Assembly (NCBI RefSeq): GCF_009914755.1
Contig: NC_060927.1
Direction: 5' to 3' (one strand)
DNA from: the human T2T-CHM13v2.0 reference genome, Homo sapiens
Length of the DNA: 64,000 bases
In this document: positions 1 to 14,496 of the stretch, one piece after another
Layout of the letters: the number at the start of each line of letters is the position of its first letter
Numbering within the stretch: the first letter of the stretch is position 1
Program-made: the position numbers and the translations under genes
The notes under the pieces: generated by a model
The model's input: only the letters and a program-made list of their open reading frames with translations
Told to the model about the DNA's origin: nothing
Database searches by the model: none

Positions 1-767
1 GACTTTTTTTTTCCTAAAGGTGAGCTAAAATAGCTTTTAAAAATACACAAAGAAAATGTATTTTATTGAAAAGAAAAATCTTCATTCACTGTATTTGACA
101 TTAAAGCTAAGGGAAATCTGTAGAAATAAAGTCTCTTCAAAGACCTTTTCATGTGTAGGCGTTCTGATTAACTGATTGAGAAGAGGACAATAATATTTCC
201 CCCCTCAGATTAAAAAAAAAATTAAAAATAAATGCAGTTAATACAATTGCAATGAAAGAGTCAGTTAAGTGGAACAGTCAATGTTATAGAACAGTGAGAT
301 AGCAATAATCATAAAAAAGAAGTTTTAAAACGGGAAGAAATGAAAATGCAATTTATGTTTTGTTAACGGTGGACATTTTATGCGCTTATGAAGAAAAATG
401 TCTCATATTTTAGTCAGTAATGTATATTTCCAATTTGAGGGCAACTATTCAGTTGAAGTGAGTATTTTAGGGGAGAGAAATGTTCTTCCCACCTTATTAG
501 TGTTCAGTGTTATTATTAACTGAAGATGATTGTCTCATTATAGTTGGAACACTGAGGTCAAATTGCAGTCTCTGGTCATTAATATCTTGGGGCCCTTTTA
601 CAAGTTACTCAGATCCCAAAGCTTTGGATTCTTTGGAAATAGAAAGATATTTGAAGATAAGATCTCCAAGGCTCTTATGGACACTATTTTTACCTTTTAA
701 AAATCTTGCGACATGACACCAAATAACAGAGAAACAAATAAAACTCTACAGATTATATACAAATCAT

Positions 768-1130
768 TGCTATGCTTGTATCTCCTTCAATTTTGTGTGT
801 TGCATCCTAGCCCCCAAAGTGATGGTATTAGGAAGGGAGGCCTTTGGGAGATGATTAGATCATGATTTTGATAAATGCTTTTATAAAGAGACAATTATAA
901 AATTATCTCTTTTATTAAAAGGGGGAGAGCTAGCTAGCCCCTTTCAGTATGAGAGGAAACAAGGAAGAAAGTGCCATTTATAAGAAAGTGTGCCCTTACC
1001 AGACACCAAACCAGCAGGCACCTTGATCTTAGACTTCTCAGACTCCAGAATTGTGAGAAATAAATTTCTGTTGATTATAAGCCACCCAATTTATGGTAGT
1101 CTTTTATAGCAACACAAATGGACTAAGATA
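768..1130 (+). mobile_element. MLT1A-like MaLR solo LTR
   Basis: Starts TGCTATG, carries 'cagcaggcaccttgatcttagacttc..cagaattgtgagaaataaatttctgttg..taagccaccc' and ends GACTAAGATA, which is the typical MLT1 layout. Confidence 0.85.
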
Positions 1131-1983
1131 CCCAAACAACCTTATACAGTGTCATTTGCTTATAGCAGTCTTTGCATTTTAGCAAGTACAGGCAGGTTAT
1201 AAAAACAAAACAAAGCAAAGCAAAGCATAATGTGTCTGCTTTTTTTAAATATAAAAGACAAAACAAAACACTTGGAAGAACAGAAGTGTTTTTATTTTAT
1301 TTAACTATGATGGAGTTTCTAACAGAAATAAGAAAATGATGTGAGTTCACTTAAGATTGTTGATAAAAAGCTATCATCCAATGTATGATGAAATGTCATA
1401 AAGAAAACCACAAACTTGGTATCAGTGTCAGATAAACTAGAACCCAATATTACAGTTAAACTTTCTACGTCATTTTTCAAAGACTACGAAAACATTATAA
1501 ATCAGAATACTGTAAGCATTTTTCACCAGGCGTGGATTGAAAATCCTTTTAAAGGGTAATTAGCTACTTCATCTTTCTCTATGTCAATGACAACAGTTCC
1601 TCACAAAAATAAAAGATCTCAGGTATCCAATTTCCAGTCTTTGCTTTGACTCATTGAATTTAGAAAGTAACACAATTGAGCTGAATTTCTCAATTTGGAA
1701 GAACTTCTCAGCTGACCAACTGCATATATATAATTTAAATACTCTACCTGGATGTAAAAATCCAACTTTTTCACATGACTGTCCCCTATAAGGTACATCA
1801 CATGAATTGCTTTGGGTACAAAAATGCAAATTTTAAAAAACCATTTTTTTGTTTTATTTTATCTTTTTTTTTTGCTCACTCTAAAATACAATTTAAATGA
1901 GTCTATCAAGTCACTGACTTAAATTTTTTAAAACTGATAGAATTTAGAATTGTATGAGGGTGGATTCCTTCCCTTTCCATCCA

Positions 1984-2628
1984 GGATGGAAAGAGGTGAT
2001 CCCTTTCTTTTCCATCATAAGAGTCATGGATGGGCACACTCCTATAATAAAAGAAAGATTAACAAGATAAATTTATAACAAATTGATTTAACTATAGTTT
2101 TATGTGACATGGGAGCCTTCAGAATGGATACCAAAGGACAGGGAAAAGTAACAATTTTTATGCTTAGGTTTGATAAATAATGAACAGCCATATAGAAAGA
2201 AGACCGGACAAAAAGGGTGATCTAATTTGGAGTGGAGAAACCCAGCAAGGACTGTCTATTCAGATTCTTTTTTGCCTTTCGGCTATAACACTTTTTCCTC
2301 CTGAGTATGGGGCAGTATCTTTTCTGGAACGGGGTCTTACGACCTACCATCAAACAACGTATGCCAGATAATTTCTTTATGGCCAGTTTTTACACAGAAA
2401 GATGAGGAAAAGTTTGAGCAATATTTTTAGATTTTTTCACTTGCTTTGGGGAAAAGGGTTCCAGTGTCTATGATCTGCCTTAGGGAAAAGAGTTTGTAGT
2501 TACTATGGCTTGCTCTGGGAGAAGGACAGGAGGGAGACAGGAACACAGAAGAAAGTCAGAAAGAGACTTTTCTTCTTAGGCTACTTCTGAGGTCTTCTCT
2601 TTAGGGTGTCATTCTCTGAGCCCCAACA
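1984..2628 (-). mobile_element. MER39/MER34-family ERV1 solo LTR
   Basis: Minus strand begins TGTTGGGGCTCAGAGAATGACACCC..CCTCAGAAG; has 'ctggccataaagaaattatctg' and 'ttctgaaggctcccatgtcacataaaac' blocks. Left boundary approximate. Confidence 0.8.
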
Positions 2629-2782
2629 GTTGGCAAATGCTTTTCAACAACCTCTACCTTTTCAACAAAGTCTACCATATCATATTAAACCTTTTGAAAA
2701 TTTTACTGACTAGAAACTGAATCATTCCAACTAATGAGGTGAGTATAGATTAAGGTTTTAGAGGTTCTATAACTTTTGGTTC

Positions 2783-3422
2783 TGAGAGAGGAGGAAGTTA
2801 GGGGCTGGTTAGGCACATAGAGAGGGAGGGTTTTGGGAGAGGGAAAGAGAAGGGCAATGTTTACAGGATCAACTGTGGAAGAGCACCTGTACCACCTCTG
2901 CAGTTAATGGGAAGAAATGTGGTTAAGAAGGCTACTTTCCTGCCTTCTTGCCTTCCCCTTTTGCCTGGATGTTGTTCAGAAAGGACTTTCCCAACTTAGA
3001 TCCAGGATCAATAAATCAATCTAAATGTCCTTAACTAGACCCAGCTTATTATAATGTCATTGACATGACATTAGCATTGTGGTTTTAGCAACCCTGTGGG
3101 TTTCACTGAGGCACTCATGGGTAATAACCAAGAGGGAGTCACTCTGGCCAACCCCAGGAATGTGCCTCCCTAGGAGGGAATTTTACCACTCTAATTTGGG
3201 CAAAATCCACAAAAGACTTTCTGGTTTCTGCCACATAAAAGATGCAGAACTCAGCCCCATTTCTGGCAACCTACTTTCAGGCCCCCTCTATTTGCTGAGA
3301 GCTTTCCTTTTGCTTAATAAATCCTACTCTACTTACTCTCCAGTGTACACATGCCTCATTCTTCTTAGTTGTGGGACAAGAACTCGGACCTAGCTGAAAT
3401 AGGGACTAAGCAGACTGCATCA
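2783..3422 (+). mobile_element. ERV1-class solo LTR (MER50/LTR27/LTR36-type)
   Basis: TG...CA termini, ~640 bp, AATAAA near 3316 followed by 'ctcattcttcttagttgtgggacaagaactcggacc', a U5 block shared with the MER52-type LTRs. Exact subfamily uncertain. Confidence 0.7.
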
Positions 3423-3691
3423 GTGTGTGCAATGAAGTCGCAATTTGAAACTATAAGAAAAACATTATCTTAGGTTCTAGTTTGTCCAATCTGGTACTAA
3501 TTAGTTAAACAACATTGTCCAGTAGAAGTTTTTGTTGGATTTTATAATTGATTTCTAGTCATATGTTAAACTTTGTACAACACTGCATTTATTAGTTCTT
3601 TGCCAGCAAGCTTCCTCTTATAACTACTTCATAGTTCTGAGAAATACTGGAGAAGCCTCCTCTTCATTCCACACCCTCTTAAAAGTGGGGA

Positions 3692-3979
3692 GGCCGGGTG
3701 CAGTGGCTCATGGCTGTAATCTCAGCACTTTGGGAGGCTGAAGTAGACAGGTCATTTGAGCTGAGGAGTTTGAGACCAGCCTGGGCAACATTGTGAAACC
3801 TCGTCTCCAATGAAAATACAATAATTGGTCAGATGTGGTGGCACCTGCCTGTAGTCCAAGCTACTCGGGAGGTAAGACATGAGAATCGCTTGAAGCCGGG
3901 GGGTAGAGGTTGCAGTGAGCCAAGATGGCACCACTGCACTCTAGTCTGGACGACAGAGAGAGACTCCATCTCAAAAAAA
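3692..3979 (+). mobile_element. Alu (old, J/S), full length
   Basis: Dimeric Alu; TSD AAAAGTGGGGA / AAAAGCGGGGA. Confidence 0.97.
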
Positions 3980-5246
3980 GCGGGGAGGGAGATAAAATAT
4001 AGTCACCCATGGTCAAACCCTGTGAGTAGTACCTGTTCAGTATTTCCCTATATTTGGGATGACTTGCTTCCCTTATTTATATCCCGCGATCGATGGTAAT
4101 GGCATTCAATAATGTCTTCTTTCTTATTTGGATACAAACTGGTAGCCTTCTTCTATTTTCTAACTGAATTACTTTAAAAGACAAAGCTTATAACAAATTT
4201 CATGACATGGTTAAGATATGGAAATTTTTATTCTCTTTCCTTTAATATAACTTTTATATATTATTCAGTGTGAATTGAATGGCCTAACACCATGTTTTCT
4301 TTAGTATGATTTGAATGTTCCATATGCTTAGCACTAAATAAAGCATTGCCACATCACAAAGGGCAAAAAGGTCCCTGGGGACTGCAGAAAGATGATTAAT
4401 CAACCATTCCTTAGCACACCAACTGTCATGCAGGTACCATCCATGGTACTATGTTTGGCCCTAGCTTTCCCAGGAGTGCTTTGTTTCTTCAACTGATAAC
4501 ATGTGTTACAAAATTCTAATTTTAGATTATAGTTCTGCTCCAAAGATATCCATCTAATTGGGAATCAGGAAGCAGTTATACCTGGGAACTTAAGAAAATG
4601 GTAGGGAAAAGCCTCATGATGTTAGGAAGTAGCATGCTTAATCACTTCCTGGTCATCAGTTAGTATTGCCATTAGCAAACATTGCTTTGCAGGCAGGGAC
4701 ATGATATGACATGATACATGGCCTTTCCTGGAGCCAGTAACATGTTCCCTTTGTTGACACCTAATGATTTAAAAATCACATGTTATTCTGACATTCTACC
4801 AGTTGTATCTGGAATGTAACTAAAGATTCTATTATTACATTGTTTTGGACAAACCTAAAACACAGATGAAAGGTGGTGTTGTATTGAGATATACACGTTT
4901 TATAATATTTGGGTATATAAAACAGAAGTAATCTACAGGAAAAATATTAACCAGAAAACTATTATTCAGGGCTTGCCTGTGGGTTGTAGTAGTATTGCAT
5001 ATAAAGCAAAAATCAGTTGGAGCCAATAAAATGTCTGCTAGCAATGTGGTTTACAATCTCTTCATAGATGCCATGTATCTTAAATTGGGCAATTAATGTG
5101 GACATCCAAATTCAGGCAATCCTGTCTTCTTAAAGAAAAAAAAAATCTATGTATCAGGTTCCATGGTGATGGGAGGGAAGGAAACTCTAGAAAGGGGTTA
5201 GATATTTCAGCCATTACTCAAAACTGTGTACATTGGCAAATCATAA

Positions 5247-5971
5247 TGAGTCACTGTGCTGATCCAGATTAAGTAAGTGGAAGAGACATCAAATGACAAT
5301 GGCAGCCATCATTCCTAGCAAAGGAGCATATCATGTTTACTTCATAGCTGAAATCAAAGCTTTCTTAGGAAACACACCCTGAAATTGCCTTCCCTAACTC
5401 AGTCTGTCCAAGGGCAAACTGCCCTCCTTGATAACTTTCAACCAGTCAGTTTACTCAGGGGAAAAATAAAACAAAATGAAACAAAACAAGACCCATTTTC
5501 ACAGATCATTTATGGTTTAAGCCTTTTAAACCTGTCTTTGTTTTTTTTTCAATGAGACAAGCTACACGATTGACCTTCTCTATGTACGAGTAACTTCAAC
5601 TCTGCTCTGCTATCTCAGATTAATTATGAATTGTTATTTATTTGAAAATATTCACCTCTTACATTCTCTGAGTAATTATTTGAATATATGTATGAGCAAT
5701 TTTTTAGCAGACCACAATGAGAGAAATATATGTAAACTAAGAAATGAATCTTTTGGAGGTGGAGGTTAGCAGGAACATGGTTGACAAATATTTTATAAGT
5801 AATTGCTGTGTGCACTGTGTGTACTGTGTGTGGATTTGGGCAGTTGTCCCTATTGTGACTCATATAAGCAATGATGTGTATCTTCTCATGAAGCTAGGCT
5901 ATCTGTGCCCACCACATAGGTAGCATGTCTGAAGATGACCAAGGTTAGAACATAGTATATCCAGTGAGTCA
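5247..5971. promoter_or_regulatory. Cluster of three AP-1 consensus sites (candidate enhancer)
   Basis: TGAGTCA 5247-5253, TGACTCA 5856-5862, TGAGTCA 5965-5971 in apparently unique DNA; motif evidence only. Confidence 0.35.
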
Positions 5972-6090
5972 TCACAGAATTTAAATCAAGGTTGCACATT
6001 ATTTTTCAGATAAACAATGACACGCATAATTTTCCATATGTATTTCACATGTAATGAGAAGAGTTCATATAAATAGAAAAATATGTTTAT

Positions 6091-6320
6091 GACAGTATGG
6101 CCTAGTGGAAAGAGACCCCCTAGAGCAAGTTTTTAAATCCTTGTTAATTTTCAACTTATTGTACGATCTTGGGAAAATAACATTTTTTTTGAACTTCAGT
6201 TTCTTCATGTGTAAAAAAGAAAGAGTGACAATTAACCCATAGATTTGTGTTCATAATAGAGCGAGGCTATGTACCTAAAAGATATTGGTACAATCATGCT
6301 CAATATATCATAATTTTCAT
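6091..6320 (+). mobile_element. MIR
   Basis: 'cagtatggcctagtggaaagag' start and core 'gatcttgggaaaataac..tgaacttcagtttcttcatgtgtaaaa'. Confidence 0.7.
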
Positions 6321-8348
6321 TAGTATATCTTTAAAAATTTTCCCTAGTGTATACTGTTTAAAGTACTTAAAACTCATGTTATTGTTCTGTATTACTTAAT
6401 TCAAGTTAAGGATTCTATATAAAAAGTACCCTGATAATTTTTTAAATTTTTGTATCTATTATTACATGTGGACATTGGCATACGGTATACTTCTGAGAGT
6501 ATTTCATTATCTGCTTATTGCCTTATCACTACACAGTCCTTGGAGCCTGACAAATCCTTTCTTTCTATTTATCCAAGTTGCTAATGCTGACATAGCTAAT
6601 AAAGATCATATTCTGTAGCAATTTGATTAGCAAACATTAGAAAAGAAGGAATAACCAGACTGGATCAGCAAAAATAAATAACTGATCTACACTTGGTTTC
6701 AGCTTTTACCTTATATATAATTTGTCAAAGATATCACTAATGTTTCATTTTTGAGGCACTTTTAAATAGTTGAGGATTAAATGTTATGTCTCATTATTCC
6801 TTGATGTGATAAGAATTTTATTCCAAAGACCATCTTAGTAACAAGACATATCTATTCAAGTTTGTGTGTGTGTAAGTATATTAATTTTGTATGTCCAATG
6901 CATTCTTTATCAGAAGGCTCTTTGTTTTTGAAACATACACTATTAAACAGAATTTACTAGTATTAAAGTTCAATTGGAAATCCATTTAATGTGTTATGCA
7001 AAATGTCCTTTATTTGTCACACATTTAATTCACTAAGATAGAAGACTCAATATCTTTTTCTACCTGAAGAGGAGAGAGGTTAGGTGACACAGTGAATTAA
7101 CTTTAAAGCTGTCTCTTTTCATCTCTAAAGACCTGAAGGTCACATTTACTTATATTGACTTACAAATGGGAAGTATAGTGGTTCCAGAAATCACCCATGT
7201 ACCACGCAAATTGCCAATCATGGAGATCTATGCTCAGAAGAGTCCCAAAACAGCAACAGAAAATGCTGTAGAGAAAAAATATACTAACTTTTTACAAGGA
7301 GGTTTTTTTATAGGAGGCATGATGAGATCTAGCTGTAATTCTTAATGCCCTCCATAATGTTATATAGTGATAAGGCTTAGTAATCCTTTTTCCATTTATT
7401 CTTTTCTTTTTAATTTATTGAGAAAACTATGAAATAAGAAAACCCAGTAAGTTAGTCAAGGTCAAGGTCATAGAGTAAATTAGAGCCAGACTGGGAGGGA
7501 GCCATTGTGTCTGCTAAATCTCATAGCCGAAGTTGGTAGAATCACTTTAATACTCCTAAAATATCTGCTTTGTTGATTTCTCTATCATACATGCCTACAT
7601 TTTGTAGGCACATTGTTTCTCTATTGTGCTTTATTTAAATTAGCACTAAATTTTAAAATTCAATTACAGAGTAAAATATTAATAAACCATATAATCATGA
7701 TGAGTATTTACAAATGCAAGCAAAATAAAAATATACCTTAAGTAGTTTTAAAGTATATAGCTTTAGAAGATATTAAATACAATGATATTGTAGATTATTT
7801 CATTCCTTAAACACTGAATCCCTTGTTTCTGTTATTTGTGACTCTGAATATCACAAGGTGTCCTTAAGCAACCTGGCTTACAATGCAATCTCTTTACAGA
7901 GCCAGCTCAAGTGTGAGGAGAACTGGGAAGATTACCTTGGGCATCATAATTTAGGAATATTCTCTTCGAAAAATATTTTTTTAAGGCTGACTCAGGAAAT
8001 TGAGTGGTGAACTAGAGAAGGTGGTGTTAAATCTTCAAGCTCATACAAGCTGTAGCCACCCAACATTTCCTCCTTATCCAAAGCCACACGATAACCCCCA
8101 TCAGAAGAACAGAGGACACTGTTCCTTCCACACGTTTTGTTCCTCAGGAAATATTTGTTTTAGAATGTACTTATTGCTCTCTTTAAGGTGTTTTCATTTA
8201 TTCAAACAAGGAGATGAGACAATGTGATTTTTTCTGTTTATCCATCCCTTTCAATTTTTACATATGTTTCTGCCCTTTAATTATGTCAAATGAGAAATTG
8301 ATAGCTCAAAGTGAATAAGGCCGTCATTGTGCAATGGTGCCCATTTTA

Positions 8349-8705
<357 letters not shown>

Positions 8706-8948
8706 CTATGAAAAGAAGATATAGAATATTAAAAGATATATTTAATATTCACATTTCCAGTATAATATTATGACTTTATATTTATAAATGGGAAATACAT
8801 CTATTGTTTTCGTAGTACAAAATAACCTGAATAAAGCTTCTTTCTACATTCTGAGTATGCAGGAATTTCCGATGGGTTGGCCTTTTTTGTTTTAAACTAT
8901 AAAGACGATAGCTACAAGTTAAGACAGGTTGAGAATGAGATTATATAT

Positions 8949-8990
8949 GATAGGTAGATAGATAGATGATAGACAGATACATAGATATAT
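8949..8990 (+). repeat. Imperfect (GATA)n microsatellite
   Basis: gataggtagatagatagatgatagacagatacatagata. Confidence 0.8.
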
Positions 8991-10819
8991 AATCCTTTAA
9001 CAGAAGTGTGATGCTTCCATATTTCTTATATTGTGACTTATCTTCCTGTATGTTAATAGAAATTTTCTCACCAGTCTATATGATTATGTCTCAATTTCTT
9101 AAAGAGTTTTATTTCAAGCCTACTTTTCCTTAGTTACATTTTTTTTTCTGGCAATTTTATCAAGCATAAACCTATTTTGCTGTAAAGACCCACAGTTAAT
9201 TCTGTAAATTATTTATTCCAAAAACTCTTCCATTTTTCTCTTCTATCGCTGATTATGTTTTCAAGCTTGACACATTGCATAACCTCACACTTTCAGAGCA
9301 CGCTTTTGTTTCAAAACTGTTTTAGAATGTTTTTATTGGTTTGTGTTTACTCTTCTTCCTTCTCTATGTGTTCATAAATCTAGTTTAAATTATATATAAA
9401 AATTCAACTGGTAAAGTTTTTAGTGTATTCTGCTCTAAAATAAGAGTATACTGAAACCCATATCTTAAAAATTTAAATCCCATTACAATAATTTCCCCAA
9501 CACAAATCCTAATAACACATTTACAACTCTAAAACTCAAAGACATTGGAAACATTCCCATAAAACAAGATACATTTATTTCAAATGTGACTATAACAAAA
9601 TATCTTAAGACTAGAGCCAAGTATATTTTACTGTGATTCTTCCACTTACAAAACTGAGAGAATGCAAAATCTCTAAATTCCTAAAATCTATTTCATCTAA
9701 ATTACATTCAGTGTTTATTTGAGCTGTGTTGCTACCCACCAAAGTGATTTATTTTCTTTGAAATGAAAATAAGAAACTTACACAATACAGAGAAGACATT
9801 TATTTGACTTTTTTTATTACTAGGAAATAAAAGACAAACCTCTGTAATTAGGTATGCCTTCATTTCTGATCTCTTATTCAATTATACTATAGGCTATCAG
9901 AGTAATTCTTTTCTGAGTTTCAGGTTTTAAATTTCAGATTTATTTACATAATTTCTACCTTGCTCAGAAAAACAAATGTATTTTTTTTTAGGTTTAATGA
10001 AACACACACACACATACACAAACATACACACATATATATATAATTTCTGAAAAGCTCTTTGCCTTTTAAGCACATTTGTACCATAAAAACTACTTTGCTT
10101 AAACTTCCTATTTCTACATACCATGATGCAGAAATCCGTACAATTGATTGTAAACTTTTCAGACAATCTCAGATGATCTTCCATTTCTAAAATATGCAAA
10201 CTAGTACATTGCTAGAGCCTTTTGATTTTATAAAATTTGTTTGTTAAAATACATTCATTTAAATGTATTAAATTATTTATTCATTAGAGCTGTCAATTTG
10301 TATTATTAATAATTGTTCTTTTTATTTTTCCTTACTATATTAGAGGTGAGAGTTATCCTTTTAAAAAGTTACTTGCTGAATCTTCTAAAAATCTGTGATA
10401 ATAATTTAAAAGGATGATTATTGGCCATATACAGACTCCATTTTTGTACTTTAATTTCCTTAAAATATTCATAATTAGATAAGTATAATCCTTTTATTAA
10501 AATGTTCTTAATTGCTTTGTCCTAATAAAAGTGGCAAACGAATACCTTGAGTCTACTCAATGCCTTGTTTCCTTTGAGTTAGATTACACAGTAAAGAACA
10601 GTTTCACCAAATATTTTATGCGCTGTTTTTTTTTAGGACTCTACATTTTCCTCAAACTGGAAACCTCTTACTGAAATACAAATAATTCTGATTTACAATG
10701 ATATCTACATAGAAGTTACTTTTCTCTTAGTATACATACCTCATTATGTGCTATACACAGCTTTAGAGGAACAATTCATTAATAATAAAATATCAGTGGC
10801 CTAAATGATAAATTATTGA

Positions 10820-11115
<296 letters not shown>

Positions 11116-11741
11116 AAGACTTCTTACTTTCCAAATTGTAGAACATTGCAGACAGTGACAAGGTAGGCTTAGACACAAACATCCGTTGACATGTCGTTGT
11201 ATACAAACTGCGTCACAATTAGAGACTTTAAAAGAACATGCAAGGATGTCAGAGCTATGTAGTCATGTAGGATGGATTTTTATGAATCTACTCACCTTTG
11301 CAGGTCCAGAGATATTTTTCTAAGATGAAAGACAGTGTTCATTCTTGAATTCCATTTGTATGGCACTATTAGCTAAGGCCCAGTAATTCATTTACTTTTC
11401 TCTATTATTTTTTGAACATTCTTCTAATCCAAAATTATGGCTTTTCTGTACTATTCTAAATGAGCTTTGCTAGATGACTGGCTATAGAATTTAATAAACT
11501 AAGTAGAGTTCCTAAATTACCTCTTTTAGAGAGCTTGCTTCCATTTTAAGAGAGATCTTCAATGTTCCGTGCCAAAATAGGGACTGCTTTTGTGAATTTT
11601 GTGTGGGTGAATAGAATAAGAAATCCATTGAGCTGAGTGAAATTATTGGATTAAAGTAGTTAATCAAATAACAAACCAGAACTTCCATAGGTATACCCCT
11701 TCCATTCTACCTTTTTTTCTCACTCTATTTTCTTTTCTTCT

Positions 11742-11898
11742 TATCACTACCTACAATTATAATTTATGTCAAACCTAGTATAATGTCTACTTGCTTACAA
11801 TGGAGAATTTTTTTTCTGTTCACAGCTGTAGCCGGAATAATTACAAGGGTTCTTGACATACTACAAACTAAAGTGTTTCAAAGGTTAAATAAATGAAT
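11742..11898 (+). mobile_element. L2 3' end fragment
   Basis: 'ctgttcacagctgtagcc..gttcttgacata..aaataaatgaat' resembles the L2 3' terminus. Confidence 0.5.
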
Positions 11899-12109
11899 CC
11901 TTGGCACAAGAGGACAACAGGGCTCAGACATCCAGATTTCCAAAAAGAACCTTATTTACATATAGTTTATACCAATGTTGAATGTGTTTGCAGTACTACA
12001 TTTCTAAATCTCATGTTTTATCAAAAATACTATCTCTCCCTTTTCTCTAGGTTTAAAGAGAGCTTTGTTTCTCTTCTGTACAAAACAAAGTTTCAGATTC
12101 TGATGACAA

Positions 12110-12310
12110 GGGTAAGAGATTTAGAGCCAGAAAAATTCACATTTGAGGAGGAGCTTTACTCCTTGTTTCTCATCCAATACTGGGAAGTCTGTTTACCTCC
12201 CCAAGAGCCTCAGTTACAATTTCTGTAAAATTGGAAATAGCAATCCTTGCTTAAGCTACACCACAGAATCAAGAGAACGAGAAAAATTTGAAATTGCTTT
12301 ACAAACACAA
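12110..12310 (+). mobile_element. MIR-family fragment
   Basis: Core 'gagcctcagttacaatttctgtaaaattggaaatagcaat'. Confidence 0.6.
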
Positions 12311-12867
12311 GAGACCTATGTCTGTGCCTTTTTTTCCTATCAAATCAACTAATAAAACATTGCTTTGAAACATTATAAAAGAGAGCTTCAATAATAGCAT
12401 ACAACTGATCTGTATTCATAATTAGTATAGCTGGAATATTAAATTTAAAACAACCAAGGTCTTCTCTTATTCTGTATCAACATTTCTACTAATTATTCCA
12501 CTAACATTTTATACAATTTTGCTAAGTGCTATTGGGAAACACTGAAAAAGATATGGACTTTTCTTGCAAAAAGTTTAAAATCTGACTAGAAAGAGAAAAT
12601 AGGAAATGAAATAATAGTAAAATAAAGATAAAATTTGTCCTGCACTACATTATTAGATAATGTAGAAAAAAATTGAGACTAGCCATTTTTTTCTCCCCAG
12701 TATTTTTCAAGTCCAAATAAATAATAAAGAAAATAACATTATATAATAATTATAATATAATAATAATAAAGAAAATCCCCCCAATAAGGGAATTTTAAAT
12801 ATAAAGAGCTAGTACTGGACTCTAAAGGCAGGTAACACCCAAATTCCATGAATTTTAAATAATTTCA

Positions 12868-13180
12868 AGCTGGGAGTGGTGGCTTACATCTGTAATCCCA
12901 GCACTTTGGAAGGCCAAGCCAGGTGGATCACTTGAGGTCAGGAATTTGAGGCCAGCCTGGCCAACATGGTGAAACACTATCTCTACTAAAAATCAAAACA
13001 ACAACAACAAAAATTAGCTGGGCATGGTAGCACACACACGTAATCACAGCTACTAGGGAGGCTGAGGCAGAATTGCTCGAACCTGGGTGGGTGGAGGTTG
13101 CAGTGAGCCAAGATCGCGCCCCTGCATTCCAGCCTGGGTGACAGAGCAAGACTCTGTCTCGAAAAAAAAAAAAAAAAAAA
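12868..13180 (+). mobile_element. AluS, full length
   Basis: Dimeric Alu with (CAA)n in the linker; TSD-like AAATAATTTCA / AAAGAATTACA. Confidence 0.97.
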
Positions 13181-13567
13181 GAATTACAGAATGCCACTGT
13201 ATTTATAATAAATGATAGAATTTACTGAAGTCAACTGGGACTTTTTTTTCCTGAAAATGAGGCAAAGGCTATTAAAAGAGGTAGATTAGCTATTAGGTCA
13301 AACAAAAATATCATTTGTTTTATGAGAGTGAGAGATAATGATGATGATGACAGTAGTAAATAAAAATTCGAACACCACTTAAGTTTTCTTTGGTGCAATT
13401 TAAAGAGTGCTGCGTAGGTTGTCTCAGAGTCACAAACGACTGTACTAGGCCTGAGGGTTTTGGTGACTTAGGACAGTATTTTGTAAAGCTCTTTTCCATT
13501 ACCTGTATAGAGATTTGACAGAATTGTTAGACCACTATACTAATAAATTAAGATATCGGTAGTTACC

Positions 13568-13938
13568 TATTATGGAGTGTATTGTGTCACCCCACAATTC
13601 ACAGGTTGAAGTCCTAAGCCCCAATATGATTATATTTGGAGATATAGCCTCATTTACCTCATTAAGTTTAAACGAGGCCATAAAGTTGAAGCTTTAATCC
13701 AATGTGACTGTTGTCCTTATAGGAAGAGGAGGACATGGGTACACAGAGAAAAAGAAATATGAGAACGCAGAGAAAGAGTGGAGTTTTCAAGTCAATGAAA
13801 GATTCCTCAGGAGAAACCAAACCTGTTGCTACCTTGATCTTAGATTTCAAGCTTCTGAAATGCGAGAAAATACATTTCTGTTGTTTAAGCCACCCAGTCT
13901 GTGGTATTTGGTTATGACAGCCCTAGCAGACTAGTACT
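13568..13938 (+). mobile_element. MLT1B-like MaLR solo LTR
   Basis: 'gttgaagtcctaagcccc..ttatatttggagat..taatccaatgtgactgttgtccttata..ttgtttaagccacccagtctgtggtatt..cagccctagcagacta'. Confidence 0.85.
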
Positions 13939-14049
13939 AGTACAATGTGATATTAGAAGCTGACATCATCCTCAAAAGCAGATGATAAAAGGCAGTGAGA
14001 CCAAGAAGAATGCAGGACAGCTGTGTCCTTAGGCTTGGCCAGCAAGATG

Positions 14050-14352
14050 GCCCCTCCCTAGGAGCAAAGAAAGCCACTGAAAGATTTCAAAGAGAGAACA
14101 GAGAAAAAGGTAGGGTATGAGAGCCAGGATATGACATAATAGAATTTCAATTTAAAATTCTATTTTTCTGACTGAAGTTTAAGAAATTGATTGAGGAAAG
14201 ATAAAAGGCATGAGTGGAGTATCATCAGCATATTGCAGGAGACTGATTAAGAAATGCTATCCTGTACTTCTCTGTTAGCATCAGGAGAGAAAAGTGGATA
14301 AAATGGAGGGGCATTGAAGACGTAACATCAATAGACCTTGTCAATGAATTGC
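14050..14352 (-). mobile_element. L2 fragment
   Basis: Purine-rich 'aagccactgaaagattt..atgacataatagaattt..ggagagaaaagtggata..gaccttgtcaatgaattg' typical of antisense L2. Confidence 0.55.
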
Positions 14353-14496
14353 CCAGAAGTCTTACGGACTAGAAGGTATCAAAATTTAGGACCCTGGCTG
14401 TCGATCCACTAAGTTTGAGGCAATGCCATCAGTGCTCTCTTCTTATCCCTTTGGATCACTTTACCCTAGCGTATGTTTACTCCCAACAACCAGCAC

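Noticed and set aside
1973-1993. 10-bp inverted repeat CTTTCCATCC-A-GGATGGAAAG at the MER39 terminus
   Set aside because: Fits the terminal-palindrome pattern, but this length is near chance expectation for the window
5807-5833. Three tandem 9-mers CTGTGTG(CA/TA/TG)
   Set aside because: Short slippage repeat with no further structure
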